From the NCBI RefSeq assembly GCF_050920415.1, contig NZ_CP169309.1: a stretch of DNA of 64,000 nt. One strand, written 5' to 3'. Of the stretch, positions 44,301-55,212 are shown piece by piece (the first letter of the stretch is position 1; every line of letters begins with the position of its first letter). The stretch comes from Escherichia coli. GTDB taxonomy: Bacteria > Pseudomonadota > Gammaproteobacteria > Enterobacterales > Enterobacteriaceae. Below the pieces are notes generated by a model. That model was not told the origin of the DNA. It saw nothing but the letters and a program-made list of their open reading frames with translations, and ran no database searches. The position numbers and the translations under genes are program-made.

Positions 44301-45023
44301 TTAATCCTGCAACGCATAGGTTACGGTGGTGACTACGCGTACCGTTTTATTAATCGCCGTAGGATCATCTTCATCACTGCCACTGGCGAAGATCTGGAAC
44401 ACGCCTTGTGAGGCATCGCTAATTGACCCCACCTGGCTACCTGAGTCCGTTGCAAATTGTAATGCTGCGTTGCGTGCATCTTTGGTGGCGGCGGCAATCA
44501 TCTCAGCGCGCAGTGCGCCAATACCATTAAAGCGATAGGCGACTTTGCTCTCAGCGATAGCGCCCTCCGTAGCGACTTGCAGTTCGTTTAATTTCGCGAC
44601 GACTTTTTCGACAGCAGCAACATTATGGGTTTTTATCGTCACTGACCCGTCTGCGTTATAGCGTGGCATTGTGGGATCATCTTTCAGATAAAAGGAATCA
44701 GTTCGCTTGCTTGTCCATTGGCCCAGGGTTATCTCTTTCTCGTTAATCCCCTGAGCATTGAGTTCGGCAACAATTTTTTTCTGCGCGTCTTCCAGTTTCG
44801 GGAACAGTTCGCCGGGTATATTACCCTTAAAGTTAATCGCAATTGTTAATTCTGCCGTATCTGCGCGAACTTCTTTTTCAGAAAGCCCACGCACATTTAC
44901 ATAACGGTTATTGGTTTTTAAATGTTTAACACCATCGCCAACAAAATAACCACAGGCGCTAATCCCCAGTCCGAGGACGATAGCGGCAATTAAAGAGGGG
45001 GCCTTATTCACTGATGACTCCAT
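44301..45023 (-). CDS. Hypothetical exported or membrane-anchored protein, SIMPL/DUF541-like (about 239 aa; ORF extends to 45113)
   Basis: ORF track 44301..45113 (-); N-terminal hydrophobic segment APSLIAAIVLGLGISACGYFV; resemblance to SIMPL proteins (BP26/YggE type) is by eye only; a gene here is not expected from K-12 order. Confidence 0.55.
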   Translation of the reverse strand: MESSVNKAPSLIAAIVLGLGISACGYFVGDGVKHLKTNNRYVNVRGLSEKEVRADTAELTIAINFKGNIPGELFPKLEDAQKKIVAELNAQGINEKEITLGQWTSKRTDSFYLKDDPTMPRYNADGSVTIKTHNVAAVEKVVAKLNELQVATEGAIAESKVAYRFNGIGALRAEMIAAATKDARNAALQFATDSGSQVGSISDASQGVFQIFASGSDEDDPTAINKTVRVVTTVTYALQD

Positions 45024-45126
45024 ATCAGATGCTAAATGAGCAAGGGAATGTAGTGGAGAGAGGGAGTGAAAGACAGTCCGATTCAGGAGTGTGGCCGACA
45101 GCATATCGGCCACATTTTTGCAGGAT

Positions 45127-46983
45127 TTAACGCACGTTGGCGCAGGTCAGGCAAAACGCATAACGGTTTTGTGGGTCGTTAAACGCTGCCAGCTTGTCGC
45201 TTTCACTTTTAACGGTAGAGGCTACCGAGGCCAGCGGTGCAGGTAACATGGCCTGGAACGCATCTGGCAACATTGCCCGGACAGAACCAGACATATTGTC
45301 CATCACTTTGTCGAAGAAGGTCGGTTCATCAACGTAGTATTCCAGATGCCACTGTTTCACTTTTGCCAGCTCTGCTGCTTTGGCAACCGCATCATCGAAA
45401 TCCCCGAGACTATCGACCAGCCCGTTAGCTTTTGCATCCTGACCGGTCCAGACGTGGCCCTGGGCGATTTTATCAATCTGCTCCGGCGTCGAATGACGCG
45501 CATCAGCAACCAGCGTGATAAAGCGTTTATAGCCATTCTCAATGCTTAACTGCATCATCTGCTGCGCTTCCGGCGGCAGTGCCTTGGTGATAGAAACATC
45601 CGCCAGCGGTGAAGTTGAGACGCCATCGGTATGAACACCAATCGAATCCAAACTATTTTCTACGGTAGTGACCACGCCGAAGATACCGATAGAACCGGTC
45701 AGGGTGCTGGGGTTAGCCACAATGTAATTAGCTGGCGTGGAAATCCAGTAACCACCAGATGCCGCCATGCCGCCCATCGATACAACCACAGGCTTACCCG
45801 CTGCCCTGGCAGCTGCCAGTTCAGCGCGAATCACTTCAGAGGCGGTAACGCTGCCGCCAGGGCTATTAACACGCAGAACAATCGCTTTCACTTTCGGGTC
45901 AAGGCGAGCGTCGCGGATTTGTGCCGCAGTGGTATCACCGCCAACATTCCCCTGAGTTTCCTCGCCATCCATAATTGCGCCATTCGCGAAGACGACACCG
46001 ATGCTGTCACCGGTATCTGCCGGCGTTTTCAATGCGTAATCGTAATAACTGATGGCGCGATAATTTTTATCAGTCTTACTCCAGCCGAACTCTTTGGTCA
46101 GAGCTTTTTCGATTTCGGCACTTGATGCCAGTGCATCGACCAGCTTGTTTTCCAGCGCATATTTCGCGGTATCGCCACCGGTTTTGGTTAAACCCTCAAG
46201 CAACCCTTGCGCACCAGGGAATACCTGCTGAGCAGGGATCTGCCGGTTAGCGGCAACAGTATTCAGATAGTTTTGCCACAGCTCACCGATCCAGCGGCTG
46301 TCAGCTTCGCGGGCTGCCGGTGACATATCATCACGAATAAACGGTTCAACGGCAGATTTATACGTACCCACGCGGAACACATGGGTGGAAACTTTCAGCT
46401 TATCCAGTAACGATTTGTAGTACAGACCGTTGGTAGCAAAACCGTGCAGATCCACCACGCCTTGTGGAGATAGCCAAATTTTGTTGGCGAAACTGGCGAG
46501 ATAATATTGCCCCTGGCTGTAGTTCTCGCCTATGGCATAAACTGGTTTCCCGCTGTCACGAAACTCTTTCAGGGCTTTGCCGATGTACTGCATAGACGGC
46601 TGGTCGCCGCCTGCGAAGTTTTTCAGATCCATCACGATACCGGTGATATTGCGGTCATCCTTCGCCTGGCGAATGGTGTTGACGATATCAAACAGTGAGT
46701 TTTCCTGCAGACGATCGGAACTGGCACCAAGGAGCTGGCGGCTTAGCTTACTAAACCGCTGAGAACTGTCGGGTTTATCGACGATTACACCAGATATGTC
46801 CAGCAGCAGCGCGCCACGACTGGCCGTTTCTTTCGAATCACCACCACTGACCTGCATCCAGATCCCCACACCAACCAGTACGAGAAAAATAAAGAACAGG
46901 TTAAGTACCATTTCACGGACGAAATTCAGCAGACGCCACGTCCATTTAAAAAATCCGGCAATAAATCGCCAAAGGGTTCGCAT
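45127..46983 (-). CDS. sppA: Signal peptide peptidase SppA (protease IV), 618 aa
   Basis: ORF track 45127..47127; start trimmed to [12 protein letters not shown]; tandem S49 peptidase domains. Confidence 0.9.
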
Positions 46984-47143
46984 GTATTCTCCCAAATTAA
47001 GGTCACACCTGTCACAGGCGCAATAGATGTGGTTATCGTAATGACCCAACCGGCACTTGTCAGCAGGAATTGCGGACTGTGCTGTAACAAAATCCACTCT
47101 CGTGTTAATTTTGTGAATAAATATCATGACAGGAGTTAATCAA

Positions 47144-47695
47144 ATGGATGCACTCGAACTATTGATCAATCGCCGTAGCGCCTCCCGCCTGGCTGAACCT
47201 GCGCCAACGGGTGAACAACTGCAAAACATCCTGCGTGCGGGTATGCGTGCCCCGGACCATAAGTCCATGCAACCGTGGCATTTTTTTGTGATTGAAGGGG
47301 AAGGACGCGAGCGTTTCAGCGCATTATTGGAACAGGGGGCGATTGCTGCCGGTAGTGATGACAAAGCTATCGACAAAGCGCGTAATGCGCCGTTCCGCGC
47401 ACCGCTCATCATAACGGTGGTGGCAAAATGCGAAGAAAATCATAAAGTCCCGCGCTGGGAACAGGAAATGTCTGCGGGATGTGCGGTCATGGCGATGCAA
47501 ATGGCAGCAGTTGCCCAGGGGTTTGGCGGCATCTGGCGCAGTGGCGCATTAACTGAAAGTCCGGTAGTGCGTGAAGCATTCGGTTGCCGTGAGCAGGATA
47601 AAATTGTCGGTTTTCTCTACCTTGGTACGCCGCAGTTGAAAGCATCTACATCGATAAACGTTCCGGACCCGACGCCGTTTGTGACTTATTTCTGA
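47144..47695 (+). CDS. ydjA: Nitroreductase-family protein YdjA (183 aa)
   Basis: ORF track 47126..47695; start trimmed to [12 protein letters not shown]. Confidence 0.85.
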   Translation: MDALELLINRRSASRLAEPAPTGEQLQNILRAGMRAPDHKSMQPWHFFVIEGEGRERFSALLEQGAIAAGSDDKAIDKARNAPFRAPLIITVVAKCEENHKVPRWEQEMSAGCAVMAMQMAAVAQGFGGIWRSGALTESPVVREAFGCREQDKIVGFLYLGTPQLKASTSINVPDPTPFVTYF

Positions 47696-47811
47696 TAATT
47701 GTCGCGAAACTGTCTGGATTGTGAGCAAAGGCGCAGGAATTCAGACACTCTCACTTATCACTTCATGGAATGAGGGTTACCATACCCGGATTGCATTGAC
47801 AGGAGATGTCC

Positions 47812-48855
47812 ATGAGCGAGAACTCGATTCGTTTGACCCAATACAGCCACGGTGCAGGTTGCGGCTGTAAAATTTCCCCAAAAGTGTTGGAAACCATCCT
47901 GCACAGTGAGCAGGCGAAGTTTGTTGATCCGAATTTGCTTGTGGGTAATGAAACCCGCGACGATGCGGCGGTGTACGATCTGGGCAATGGCACCAGCGTT
48001 ATCAGTACCACCGACTTCTTTATGCCGATCGTTGATAATCCTTTCGATTTTGGCCGCATTGCGGCGACTAACGCCATCAGCGATATCTTCGCGATGGGTG
48101 GCAAACCGATTATGGCGATTGCGATCCTCGGCTGGCCTATTAACAAACTTTCCCCTGAAATTGCCCGCGAAGTAACCGAAGGTGGACGCTATGCATGCCG
48201 TCAGGCGGGTATTGCGCTGGCTGGCGGTCACTCCATCGATGCGCCGGAGCCGATTTTTGGTCTGGCGGTAACGGGGATCGTACCGACCGAGCGGGTGAAG
48301 AAAAACAGTACTGCACAAGCCGGATGCAAACTGTTCCTGACGAAACCGCTGGGAATTGGCGTTCTTACTACGGCTGAGAAAAAATCACTGCTGAAACCAG
48401 AACATCAGGGACTAGCGACGGAAGTGATGTGCCGGATGAACATCGCAGGCGCGTCCTTTGCCAACATCGAAGGCGTAAAAGCGATGACTGACGTGACTGG
48501 TTTTGGTCTGCTGGGGCATTTGAGCGAAATGTGTCAGGGTGCTGGTGTGCAGGCGCGAGTCGACTATGAAGCGATCCCGAAACTGCCAGGGGTTGAAGAG
48601 TACATTAAGTTGGGCGCAGTGCCTGGCGGCACCGAACGTAACTTTGCCAGCTATGGGCATCTGATGGGTGAAATGCCGCGTGAAGTGCGCGATCTGCTGT
48701 GCGATCCGCAAACTTCTGGCGGTCTGCTGCTGGCGGTCATGCCGGAAGCAGAAAATGAGGTCAAAGCTACAGCCGCCGAGTTTGGCATTGAACTGACGGC
48801 GATTGGCGAACTGGTGCCAGCGCGCGGCGGTCGTGCCATGGTTGAGATTCGTTAA
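47812..48855 (+). CDS. selD: Selenide, water dikinase (selenophosphate synthetase) SelD
   Basis: ORF track 47806..48855; N-terminal HGAGCGCK with catalytic Cys. Confidence 0.9.
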
Positions 48856-48859
48856 GTCG

Positions 48860-50815
48860 ATGCGGTTGTTTATTGCCGAAAAACCGAGTCTGGCGCGCGC
48901 CATTGCTGATGTCCTGCCCAAACCGCACCGGAAAGGCGATGGCTTTATCGAGTGCGGTAATGGCCAGGTGGTGACCTGGTGTATCGGTCACCTGCTTGAG
49001 CAGGCGCAGCCAGACGCCTACGACAGTCGCTATGCGCGCTGGAACCTGGCCGATCTCCCCATTGTCCCGGAAAAGTGGCAATTACAGCCCCGACCCTCCG
49101 TGACTAAACAACTTAATGTCATCAAACGCTTTCTGCATGAAGCCAGCGAAATCGTTCACGCCGGTGACCCGGACCGTGAAGGGCAATTACTGGTAGATGA
49201 AGTGCTGGACTACCTGCAACTGGCACCGGAAAAGCGCCAGCAGGTGCAGCGTTGCTTGATCAACGACCTGAACCCGCAGGCGGTTGAACGGGCGATCGAT
49301 CGTCTTCGTTCCAATAGCGAGTTTGTACCGCTGTGCGTTTCCGCGCTGGCGCGAGCGCGTGCCGACTGGCTGTACGGCATCAATATGACCCGCGCGTACA
49401 CCATTCTCGGTCGTAATGCGGGTTATCAGGGCGTGCTTTCCGTGGGACGCGTGCAGACGCCCGTGCTCGGGCTGGTGGTGCGCCGCGATGAAGAGATTGA
49501 AAACTTCGTGGCGAAAGACTTCTTTGAAGTCAAAGCGCATATCGTGACACCTGCCGATGAGCGGTTTACCGCTATCTGGCAACCGAGCGAAGCGTGTGAA
49601 CCGTACCAGGATGAAGAAGGGCGCTTGTTACATCGTCCGCTGGCGGAGCATGTAGTTAACCGCATCAGCGGCCAACCGGCTATTGTCACCAGCTATAACG
49701 ATAAACGGGAATCAGAATCCGCACCGCTGCCGTTTTCGCTTTCGGCGTTGCAGATTGAAGCGGCTAAACGCTTTGGTCTGAGTGCGCAGAACGTGCTTGA
49801 TATCTGCCAGAAGTTGTACGAAACGCACAAGCTAATCACTTATCCGCGTTCCGATTGTCGCTATCTGCCAGAAGAGCATTTTGCCGGACGCCACGCAGTG
49901 ATGAATGCCATCAGCGTTCATGCACCGGGCTTGTTACCGCAGCCAGTGGTCGATCCAGATATACGCAACCGCTGCTGGGATGACAAAAAGGTCGATGCAC
50001 ACCACGCCATCATCCCGACCGCGAGGAGTTCTGCCATCAACCTGACGGAAAACGAGGCGAAGGTCTATAACCTGATTGCTCGTCAGTATTTGATGCAGTT
50101 CTGTCCGGACGCGGTGTTCCGCAAGTGTGTTATCGAACTGGACATTGCCAAAGGCAAATTTGTCGCTAAAGCCCGTTTTCTTGCTGAAGCAGGCTGGCGC
50201 ACACTGTTAGGCAGCAAAGAGCGCGATGAAGAAAACGACGGCACGCCGCTGCCTGTGGTGGCGAAAGGCGATGAGTTGCTGTGTGAAAAAGGTGAAGTGG
50301 TAGAGCGGCAAACCCAGCCGCCGCGCCATTTTACCGATGCAACACTGCTTTCGGCGATGACCGGGATCGCGCGCTTTGTTCAGGACAAAGATCTGAAAAA
50401 GATCCTTCGTGCCACCGATGGTCTGGGGACAGAAGCAACCCGTGCCGGGATTATTGAACTGTTGTTCAAGCGTGGCTTTCTGACCAAAAAAGGGCGCTAT
50501 ATCCACTCCACCGACGCCGGAAAAGCGTTATTCCATTCGCTGCCAGAAATGGCTACGCGACCGGACATGACCGCGCACTGGGAATCGGTGCTGACGCAAA
50601 TCAGCGAAAAGCAGTGTCGCTATCAGGACTTTATGCAACCGTTGGTGGGGACGCTGTATAAGTTGATTGATCAGGCCAAACGTACGCCGGTGCGGCAGTT
50701 TCGCGGCATAGTGGCTCCAGATGGAGGAGAAGGAAATAAAAAGACTTCACCCCGTAAGCGAGCAGCGAAAAAAAGCCCGCCAGCAGCAGAGGCGGGCAGT
50801 GGAGTGATAATGTAA
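48860..50815 (+). CDS. topB: DNA topoisomerase III
   Basis: ORF track 48803..50815; start trimmed to [12 protein letters not shown] (Toprim N-terminus). Confidence 0.9.
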   Translation: MRLFIAEKPSLARAIADVLPKPHRKGDGFIECGNGQVVTWCIGHLLEQAQPDAYDSRYARWNLADLPIVPEKWQLQPRPSVTKQLNVIKRFLHEASEIVHAGDPDREGQLLVDEVLDYLQLAPEKRQQVQRCLINDLNPQAVERAIDRLRSNSEFVPLCVSALARARADWLYGINMTRAYTILGRNAGYQGVLSVGRVQTPVLGLVVRRDEEIENFVAKDFFEVKAHIVTPADERFTAIWQPSEACEPYQDEEGRLLHRPLAEHVVNRISGQPAIVTSYNDKRESESAPLPFSLSALQIEAAKRFGLSAQNVLDICQKLYETHKLITYPRSDCRYLPEEHFAGRHAVMNAISVHAPGLLPQPVVDPDIRNRCWDDKKVDAHHAIIPTARSSAINLTENEAKVYNLIARQYLMQFCPDAVFRKCVIELDIAKGKFVAKARFLAEAGWRTLLGSKERDEENDGTPLPVVAKGDELLCEKGEVVERQTQPPRHFTDATLLSAMTGIARFVQDKDLKKILRATDGLGTEATRAGIIELLFKRGFLTKKGRYIHSTDAGKALFHSLPEMATRPDMTAHWESVLTQISEKQCRYQDFMQPLVGTLYKLIDQAKRTPVRQFRGIVAPDGGEGNKKTSPRKRAAKKSPPAAEAGSGVIM

Positions 50816-50837
50816 TGCTCTGATGCAGTCAGTTTTC

Positions 50838-50872
50838 GTAGGCCAGATAAGGCGTTCACGCCGCATCTGGCA
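50838..50872. repeat. REP element in topB-gdhA convergent spacer
   Basis: GTAGGCCAGATAAGGCGTTCACGCCGCATCTGGCA, close to canonical REP sequence. Confidence 0.7.
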
Positions 50873-50898
50873 TAAACGCCTGAAACGGCGCTAATGAC

Positions 50899-52242
50899 TT
50901 AAATCACACCCTGCGCCAGCATCGCATCGGCAACCTTCACAAAACCGGCAATGTTCGCGCCCTGCACGTAGTTGGTTTGCTCACCTTCACCACCATGCTC
51001 AACACAGGCATGGTGGATATCCAGCATGATGTGATGCAAACGTGCGTCAACTTTCTCGGCTTTCCAGCCCAGGCGCGCAGCGTTTTGCGCCATTTCCAGG
51101 CCGGATGTAGCTACGCCACCAGCATTAGCCGCTTTACCCGGTGCAAACAGTACGCCTGCCTGCTGGAACAGTTCAGTCGCTTCGATGGTGGTCGGCATAT
51201 TTGCCCCTTCGGCGACGGCTTTAACGCCATTGGCGATAAGCTGATGCGCGGCGTCTACATCCAGTTCGTTCTGGGTGGCGCAAGGCAGGGCGATATCAAC
51301 CGGTACAGACCACGGCTGTTGGCCTTCGAGATAGACCAGGCCAAATTTTTTGGCGTAATCTGCCACTCGACCATCGCGGCTGGCTTTGATTTCGATAAGA
51401 CGTGCCAGTTTCTCTTTAGTGAATCCGCTTTCATCAACGACAGTGCCACTGGAGTCTGACGCAGTAATCACACGGGCACCAAATTCCATCGCTTTTTCGA
51501 TAGCGTACTGAGCGACGTTGCCGGAGCCAGAAACGGAAACGCGCATCCCTTCAAAACCCATACCGTGGCGTTTTAGCATTGCCTCGGTGAAATAAACCAG
51601 ACCGTAGCCGGTTGCTTCCGGGCGAATAAGACTGCCGCCAAAAGAAAGCCCCTTACCGGTGAAGACGCAGGCGGTATTGTTGGAGAGCTTTTTCATCATC
51701 CCCGCCATAAAGCCGACTTCACGACCACCAACGCCGATATCACCTGCCGGAACGTCGGTATCTGCGCCCAGGTGGCGATACAGTTCAGTCATTAGCGCCT
51801 GGCAGAACCGCATCACTTCGCCTTCGCTTTTCCCTTTCGGGTCGAAATCGCTGCCGCCTTTACCACCGCCCATCGGCAGAGTTGTCAGGGCATTTTTGAA
51901 GGTTTGTTCAAAGCCGAGGAATTTGAGAATGGAGAGATTTACCGATGGATGGAAGCGCATACCACCTTTGTACGGGCCGATGGCGGAGCTGAACTGCACG
52001 CGCCATGCACGGTTGACCTGTACCTGGTTGCGATCGTCAACCCATACCACGCGAAACTGGATCACGCGCTCCGGTTCAACCAGACGCTCCAGTAATGACA
52101 TCTGACGATATTTTGGATTTTGTTCAAGAAAAGGCCAGAGTGTGGTCATTACTTCACGAACGGCTTGCGCGAACTCGGTTTGATTCGGGTCGCGCTTTTG
52201 GACATGGTTGAGGAATGACTCCAGAGAATATGTCTGATCCAT
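50899..52242 (-). CDS. gdhA: NADP-specific glutamate dehydrogenase
   Basis: ORF track 447 aa; GGGKGG motif. Confidence 0.95.
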   Translation of the reverse strand: MDQTYSLESFLNHVQKRDPNQTEFAQAVREVMTTLWPFLEQNPKYRQMSLLERLVEPERVIQFRVVWVDDRNQVQVNRAWRVQFSSAIGPYKGGMRFHPSVNLSILKFLGFEQTFKNALTTLPMGGGKGGSDFDPKGKSEGEVMRFCQALMTELYRHLGADTDVPAGDIGVGGREVGFMAGMMKKLSNNTACVFTGKGLSFGGSLIRPEATGYGLVYFTEAMLKRHGMGFEGMRVSVSGSGNVAQYAIEKAMEFGARVITASDSSGTVVDESGFTKEKLARLIEIKASRDGRVADYAKKFGLVYLEGQQPWSVPVDIALPCATQNELDVDAAHQLIANGVKAVAEGANMPTTIEATELFQQAGVLFAPGKAANAGGVATSGLEMAQNAARLGWKAEKVDARLHHIMLDIHHACVEHGGEGEQTNYVQGANIAGFVKVADAMLAQGVI

Positions 52243-52477
52243 AGATATAAAACCCTTATATATTAATACGATTATGCTTATGTTGTTTATGTCATGTGCT
52301 TTTGCAGTTTTCGACTATACCATCAAGAATGTGACGGTAAGCAAGAAAAAAATGACTCACGAAAGCAAATTAATAACGGGAGAAATCTCATAACCAAAAG
52401 CGATAACTCAGACGCTAAAGTTTTGCCGCCAGGCTACCGTTATCAGTAGCAGAGACAAAAACGTTAAGGAGTTCCCT

Positions 52478-52750
52478 GTGAGTCGAGCATTGTTCGCCCT
52501 AGCATTGGCATTTCCATTCATTGCACTGGCTAACCCGCATTATCGTCCGGACGTGGAGGTAAACGTACCGCCTGAAGTATTCAGTTCAGGCGGGCAGTCA
52601 GCGCAGCCCTGTACTCAGTGCTGCGTCTATCAGGATCAAAACTATTCTGAAGGGGCGGTAATTAAAGCCGAAGGAATACTGCTGCAATGCCAGCGGGATG
52701 ACAAAACTCTTAGCACTAATCCGCTGGTCTGGCGGCGCGTAAAGCCATAA
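52478..52750 (+). CDS. ynjH: Secreted small protein YnjH (DUF1496), GTG start
   Basis: ORF track 90 aa; signal peptide; 3' end overlaps nudG 3' end. Confidence 0.7.
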   Translation: MSRALFALALAFPFIALANPHYRPDVEVNVPPEVFSSGGQSAQPCTQCCVYQDQNYSEGAVIKAEGILLQCQRDDKTLSTNPLVWRRVKP

Positions 52751-53123
52751 ACGCCTCTAATAGTGGAATGTCAGCAGGGGCCAGCGGATATTGCAGCGCC
52801 TCTTCAGGTGAGCACCAGACCAGCGCCTGATGTTCATGTGCCTGTAACGTCCCGTGGAAGTCGGGTACGTGCCAGGCATGAAGATGGATAATCCGCCCCG
52901 ACACTTCTCGCTGATGGCTGGCAACATACTCACCCACAGTTGCTTCGATGCCCAATTCTTCGCGTAACTCACGCACCAGCGCCTGCCGCTGGCTTTCATC
53001 CGGCTCGACTTTACCACCGGCAAACTCCCATAATCCCGCCTGATCGCTATGGGCGGGGCGTTGAGCGAGTAAAATTTTGCCATCACGTTCGATGATGGCG
53101 GCAACAACTTCAATCATATTCAT
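52716..53123 (-). CDS. nudG: Nudix hydrolase NudG (CTP/5-methyl-dCTP pyrophosphohydrolase)
   Basis: ORF track 135 aa; Nudix box GGKVEPDESQRQALVRELREELGI. Confidence 0.85.
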   Translation of the reverse strand: MNMIEVVAAIIERDGKILLAQRPAHSDQAGLWEFAGGKVEPDESQRQALVRELREELGIEATVGEYVASHQREVSGRIIHLHAWHVPDFHGTLQAHEHQALVWCSPEEALQYPLAPADIPLLEAFMALRAARPAD

Positions 53124-53209
53124 AAATTACACACGGGCAGATAAGCGAAAAATGCCATAATATCCGCACTGTTGCTCAATCAGAAAGGCTTTATATTTAA
53201 GGAGTGCCT

Positions 53210-53830
53210 GTGTTAGACCGCCATCTTCATCCCCGAATTAAACCTTTGTTGCATCAGTGTGTGAAGGTTCTGGATAAACCTGGTATCACGCCAGATGGTT
53301 TAACGTTAGTGGGGTTTGCTATCGGCGTGTTGGCATTGCCGTTTCTGGCACTGAGCTGGTATCTGGCGGCGCTGATTGCCATTTTACTAAACAGATTGCT
53401 TGATGGTCTGGACGGCGCGCTGGCACGGCGTCGAGGCCTCACCGACGCAGGCGGCTTTCTCGATATCTCGTTGGATTTCCTTTTTTACGCGCTGGTGCCT
53501 TTTGGGTTTATCCTCGCCGCACCGGAGCAAAACGCGCTGGCAGGCGGCTGGCTGCTGTTTGCGTTTATCGGCACGGGCAGCAGTTTTCTCGCTTTTGCTG
53601 CGCTGGCGGCGAAACATCAGATTGATAATCCCGGTTATGCGCATAAATCGTTTTATTATCTGGGCGGGTTAACCGAAGGCAGCGAGACGATTTTGCTGTT
53701 TGTTCTGAGTTGTCTCTTGCCGGCTTATTTTCCGTGGTTTGCGTGGATATTTGGCGCGCTGTGCTGGATGACGACCTTTACGCGGGTGTGGAGTGGATAT
53801 CTGACGCTGAAGTCGCTCCAGCGTCAGTAG
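53210..53830 (+). CDS. ynjF: CDP-alcohol phosphatidyltransferase-family membrane protein YnjF, GTG start
   Basis: ORF track 53204..53830; AGGAG SD 5 nt before GTG at 53210; DGxxAR motif. Confidence 0.8.
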   Translation: MLDRHLHPRIKPLLHQCVKVLDKPGITPDGLTLVGFAIGVLALPFLALSWYLAALIAILLNRLLDGLDGALARRRGLTDAGGFLDISLDFLFYALVPFGFILAAPEQNALAGGWLLFAFIGTGSSFLAFAALAAKHQIDNPGYAHKSFYYLGGLTEGSETILLFVLSCLLPAYFPWFAWIFGALCWMTTFTRVWSGYLTLKSLQRQ

Positions 53831-53838
53831 TTGCAATG

Positions 53839-55146
53839 TTATTTGCTGCTGTCCGGGCCGCGCTCACCGGTTGCTACGGGATTTTTCGGATCGCTGCTCC
53901 ATTCGTACCAGCCGCCGTCGTAAACGGAGACGTTATTCCAGCCCATTGCTCGTGCGTACATAAAGGTTTCGGACGCGCGCCAGCCGGTGCCGCAGTAGAA
54001 TGAAACTTGCTGATCTGGTTTGATATTCCATGCTTTCCACATAGCGGCAATATCATCGGCGCTACGCATGGTGCCATCCGGGTTATGGAAATCCTCCATA
54101 TGCGTCGAGTCGCTACCAGCGTGTCCCCAACGGGCTCCGGCTATTTCACCTTTTGGCTTAATATAGCTGTAACCACTGGTCGTACCGATAAATTCTGGCC
54201 ACGAACGAATGCTCACCAGCGATGCATCCTGGCGATGCAGCAGCCCACGGGCCTGTTCCATATCAAGCATCAACTGCGGTTGCGCCGGGATCTTCACGCC
54301 GAAATCCGGTTCAGCTTTCACTTTCGGTGGCGTTCCGCGCTCAACAGGCAGTCCCGCGTCGGACCAGGTTTGCCAGCCGCCGTCCAGCAGGCGCACATCT
54401 TTCACCCCTGCATAGAGCATAATCTGTGCTACACGCGCTGCTGCGTATACATCACGACCATATAGAATCACCGTGGTGTCATGACGAATGCCATGTTTTG
54501 CCAGCATCGCTTTCAGTTGTTCATCAGAGACTTTATTCCACAGCGGTTCGCTTTCCACTTCATTGGTATCGATGTAATCCGCGCCGGGAATATGGCTGAT
54601 AAGGTAAAGCTTAGGAGCGCCCCAGGCCGCTTCAATGACTTTCCAGTCACCGGCAGGTTTCGCTGTAACGTCTTTTCCTTGTTGCAGGTCATGCAGCCAT
54701 TGCGGATAAACCAGCTGCTCAAAGTGCGGCAGTTTTTGCAGACGGGAAGGTTCGCTTAGCGCGTCACTCAAAATGGAGATATGCGTAAAACCTGCTTTTT
54801 GCAGTCGCGTTTTGACGGCGTCGACATCTTTGTCATTACCGTACAGCGCCACCGGAGCGTCGGTTTTCAGGTTATGTTGCTTGATCCACGCGTTGAGCTG
54901 TTCGGTGCTCATTTTGTCGAGCCAGCTAGCAGAGAGGTTTAAGGCGGCAGGTTCATGACCAGAAGGGCCATTTAAGGTTTGTGGCCAGCCGTTATAAAAC
55001 GCGCTGGGGCGAGTATCTATCGCTTTGCCATTTTGTTGTTGAAGCTGGTCAAGTGTAAGAGGCTTCGCCAGTTCAGCGGCCCACGAAGAAGCGCAAGCCA
55101 GCCCTAAAGCCATTGCCAGCGCGGTCATTTGAGAAACACGTTTCAT
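53839..55146 (-). CDS. ynjE: Periplasmic multi-domain rhodanese (thiosulfate sulfurtransferase) YnjE
   Basis: ORF track 53839..55161; signal peptide; rhodanese active-site Cys (YCGTGWRAS). Confidence 0.85.
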   Translation of the reverse strand: MKRVSQMTALAMALGLACASSWAAELAKPLTLDQLQQQNGKAIDTRPSAFYNGWPQTLNGPSGHEPAALNLSASWLDKMSTEQLNAWIKQHNLKTDAPVALYGNDKDVDAVKTRLQKAGFTHISILSDALSEPSRLQKLPHFEQLVYPQWLHDLQQGKDVTAKPAGDWKVIEAAWGAPKLYLISHIPGADYIDTNEVESEPLWNKVSDEQLKAMLAKHGIRHDTTVILYGRDVYAAARVAQIMLYAGVKDVRLLDGGWQTWSDAGLPVERGTPPKVKAEPDFGVKIPAQPQLMLDMEQARGLLHRQDASLVSIRSWPEFIGTTSGYSYIKPKGEIAGARWGHAGSDSTHMEDFHNPDGTMRSADDIAAMWKAWNIKPDQQVSFYCGTGWRASETFMYARAMGWNNVSVYDGGWYEWSSDPKNPVATGERGPDSSK

Positions 55147-55212
55147 CGAAAATCCCGACATTGTAGTTTTGAGTGCGCCATTCTGAACTGACGCATTGGG
55201 AAAAACTTTGCG

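Noticed and set aside
45631-46125. 164-aa plus-strand ORF inside sppA
   Set aside because: Antisense to sppA coding region; no features
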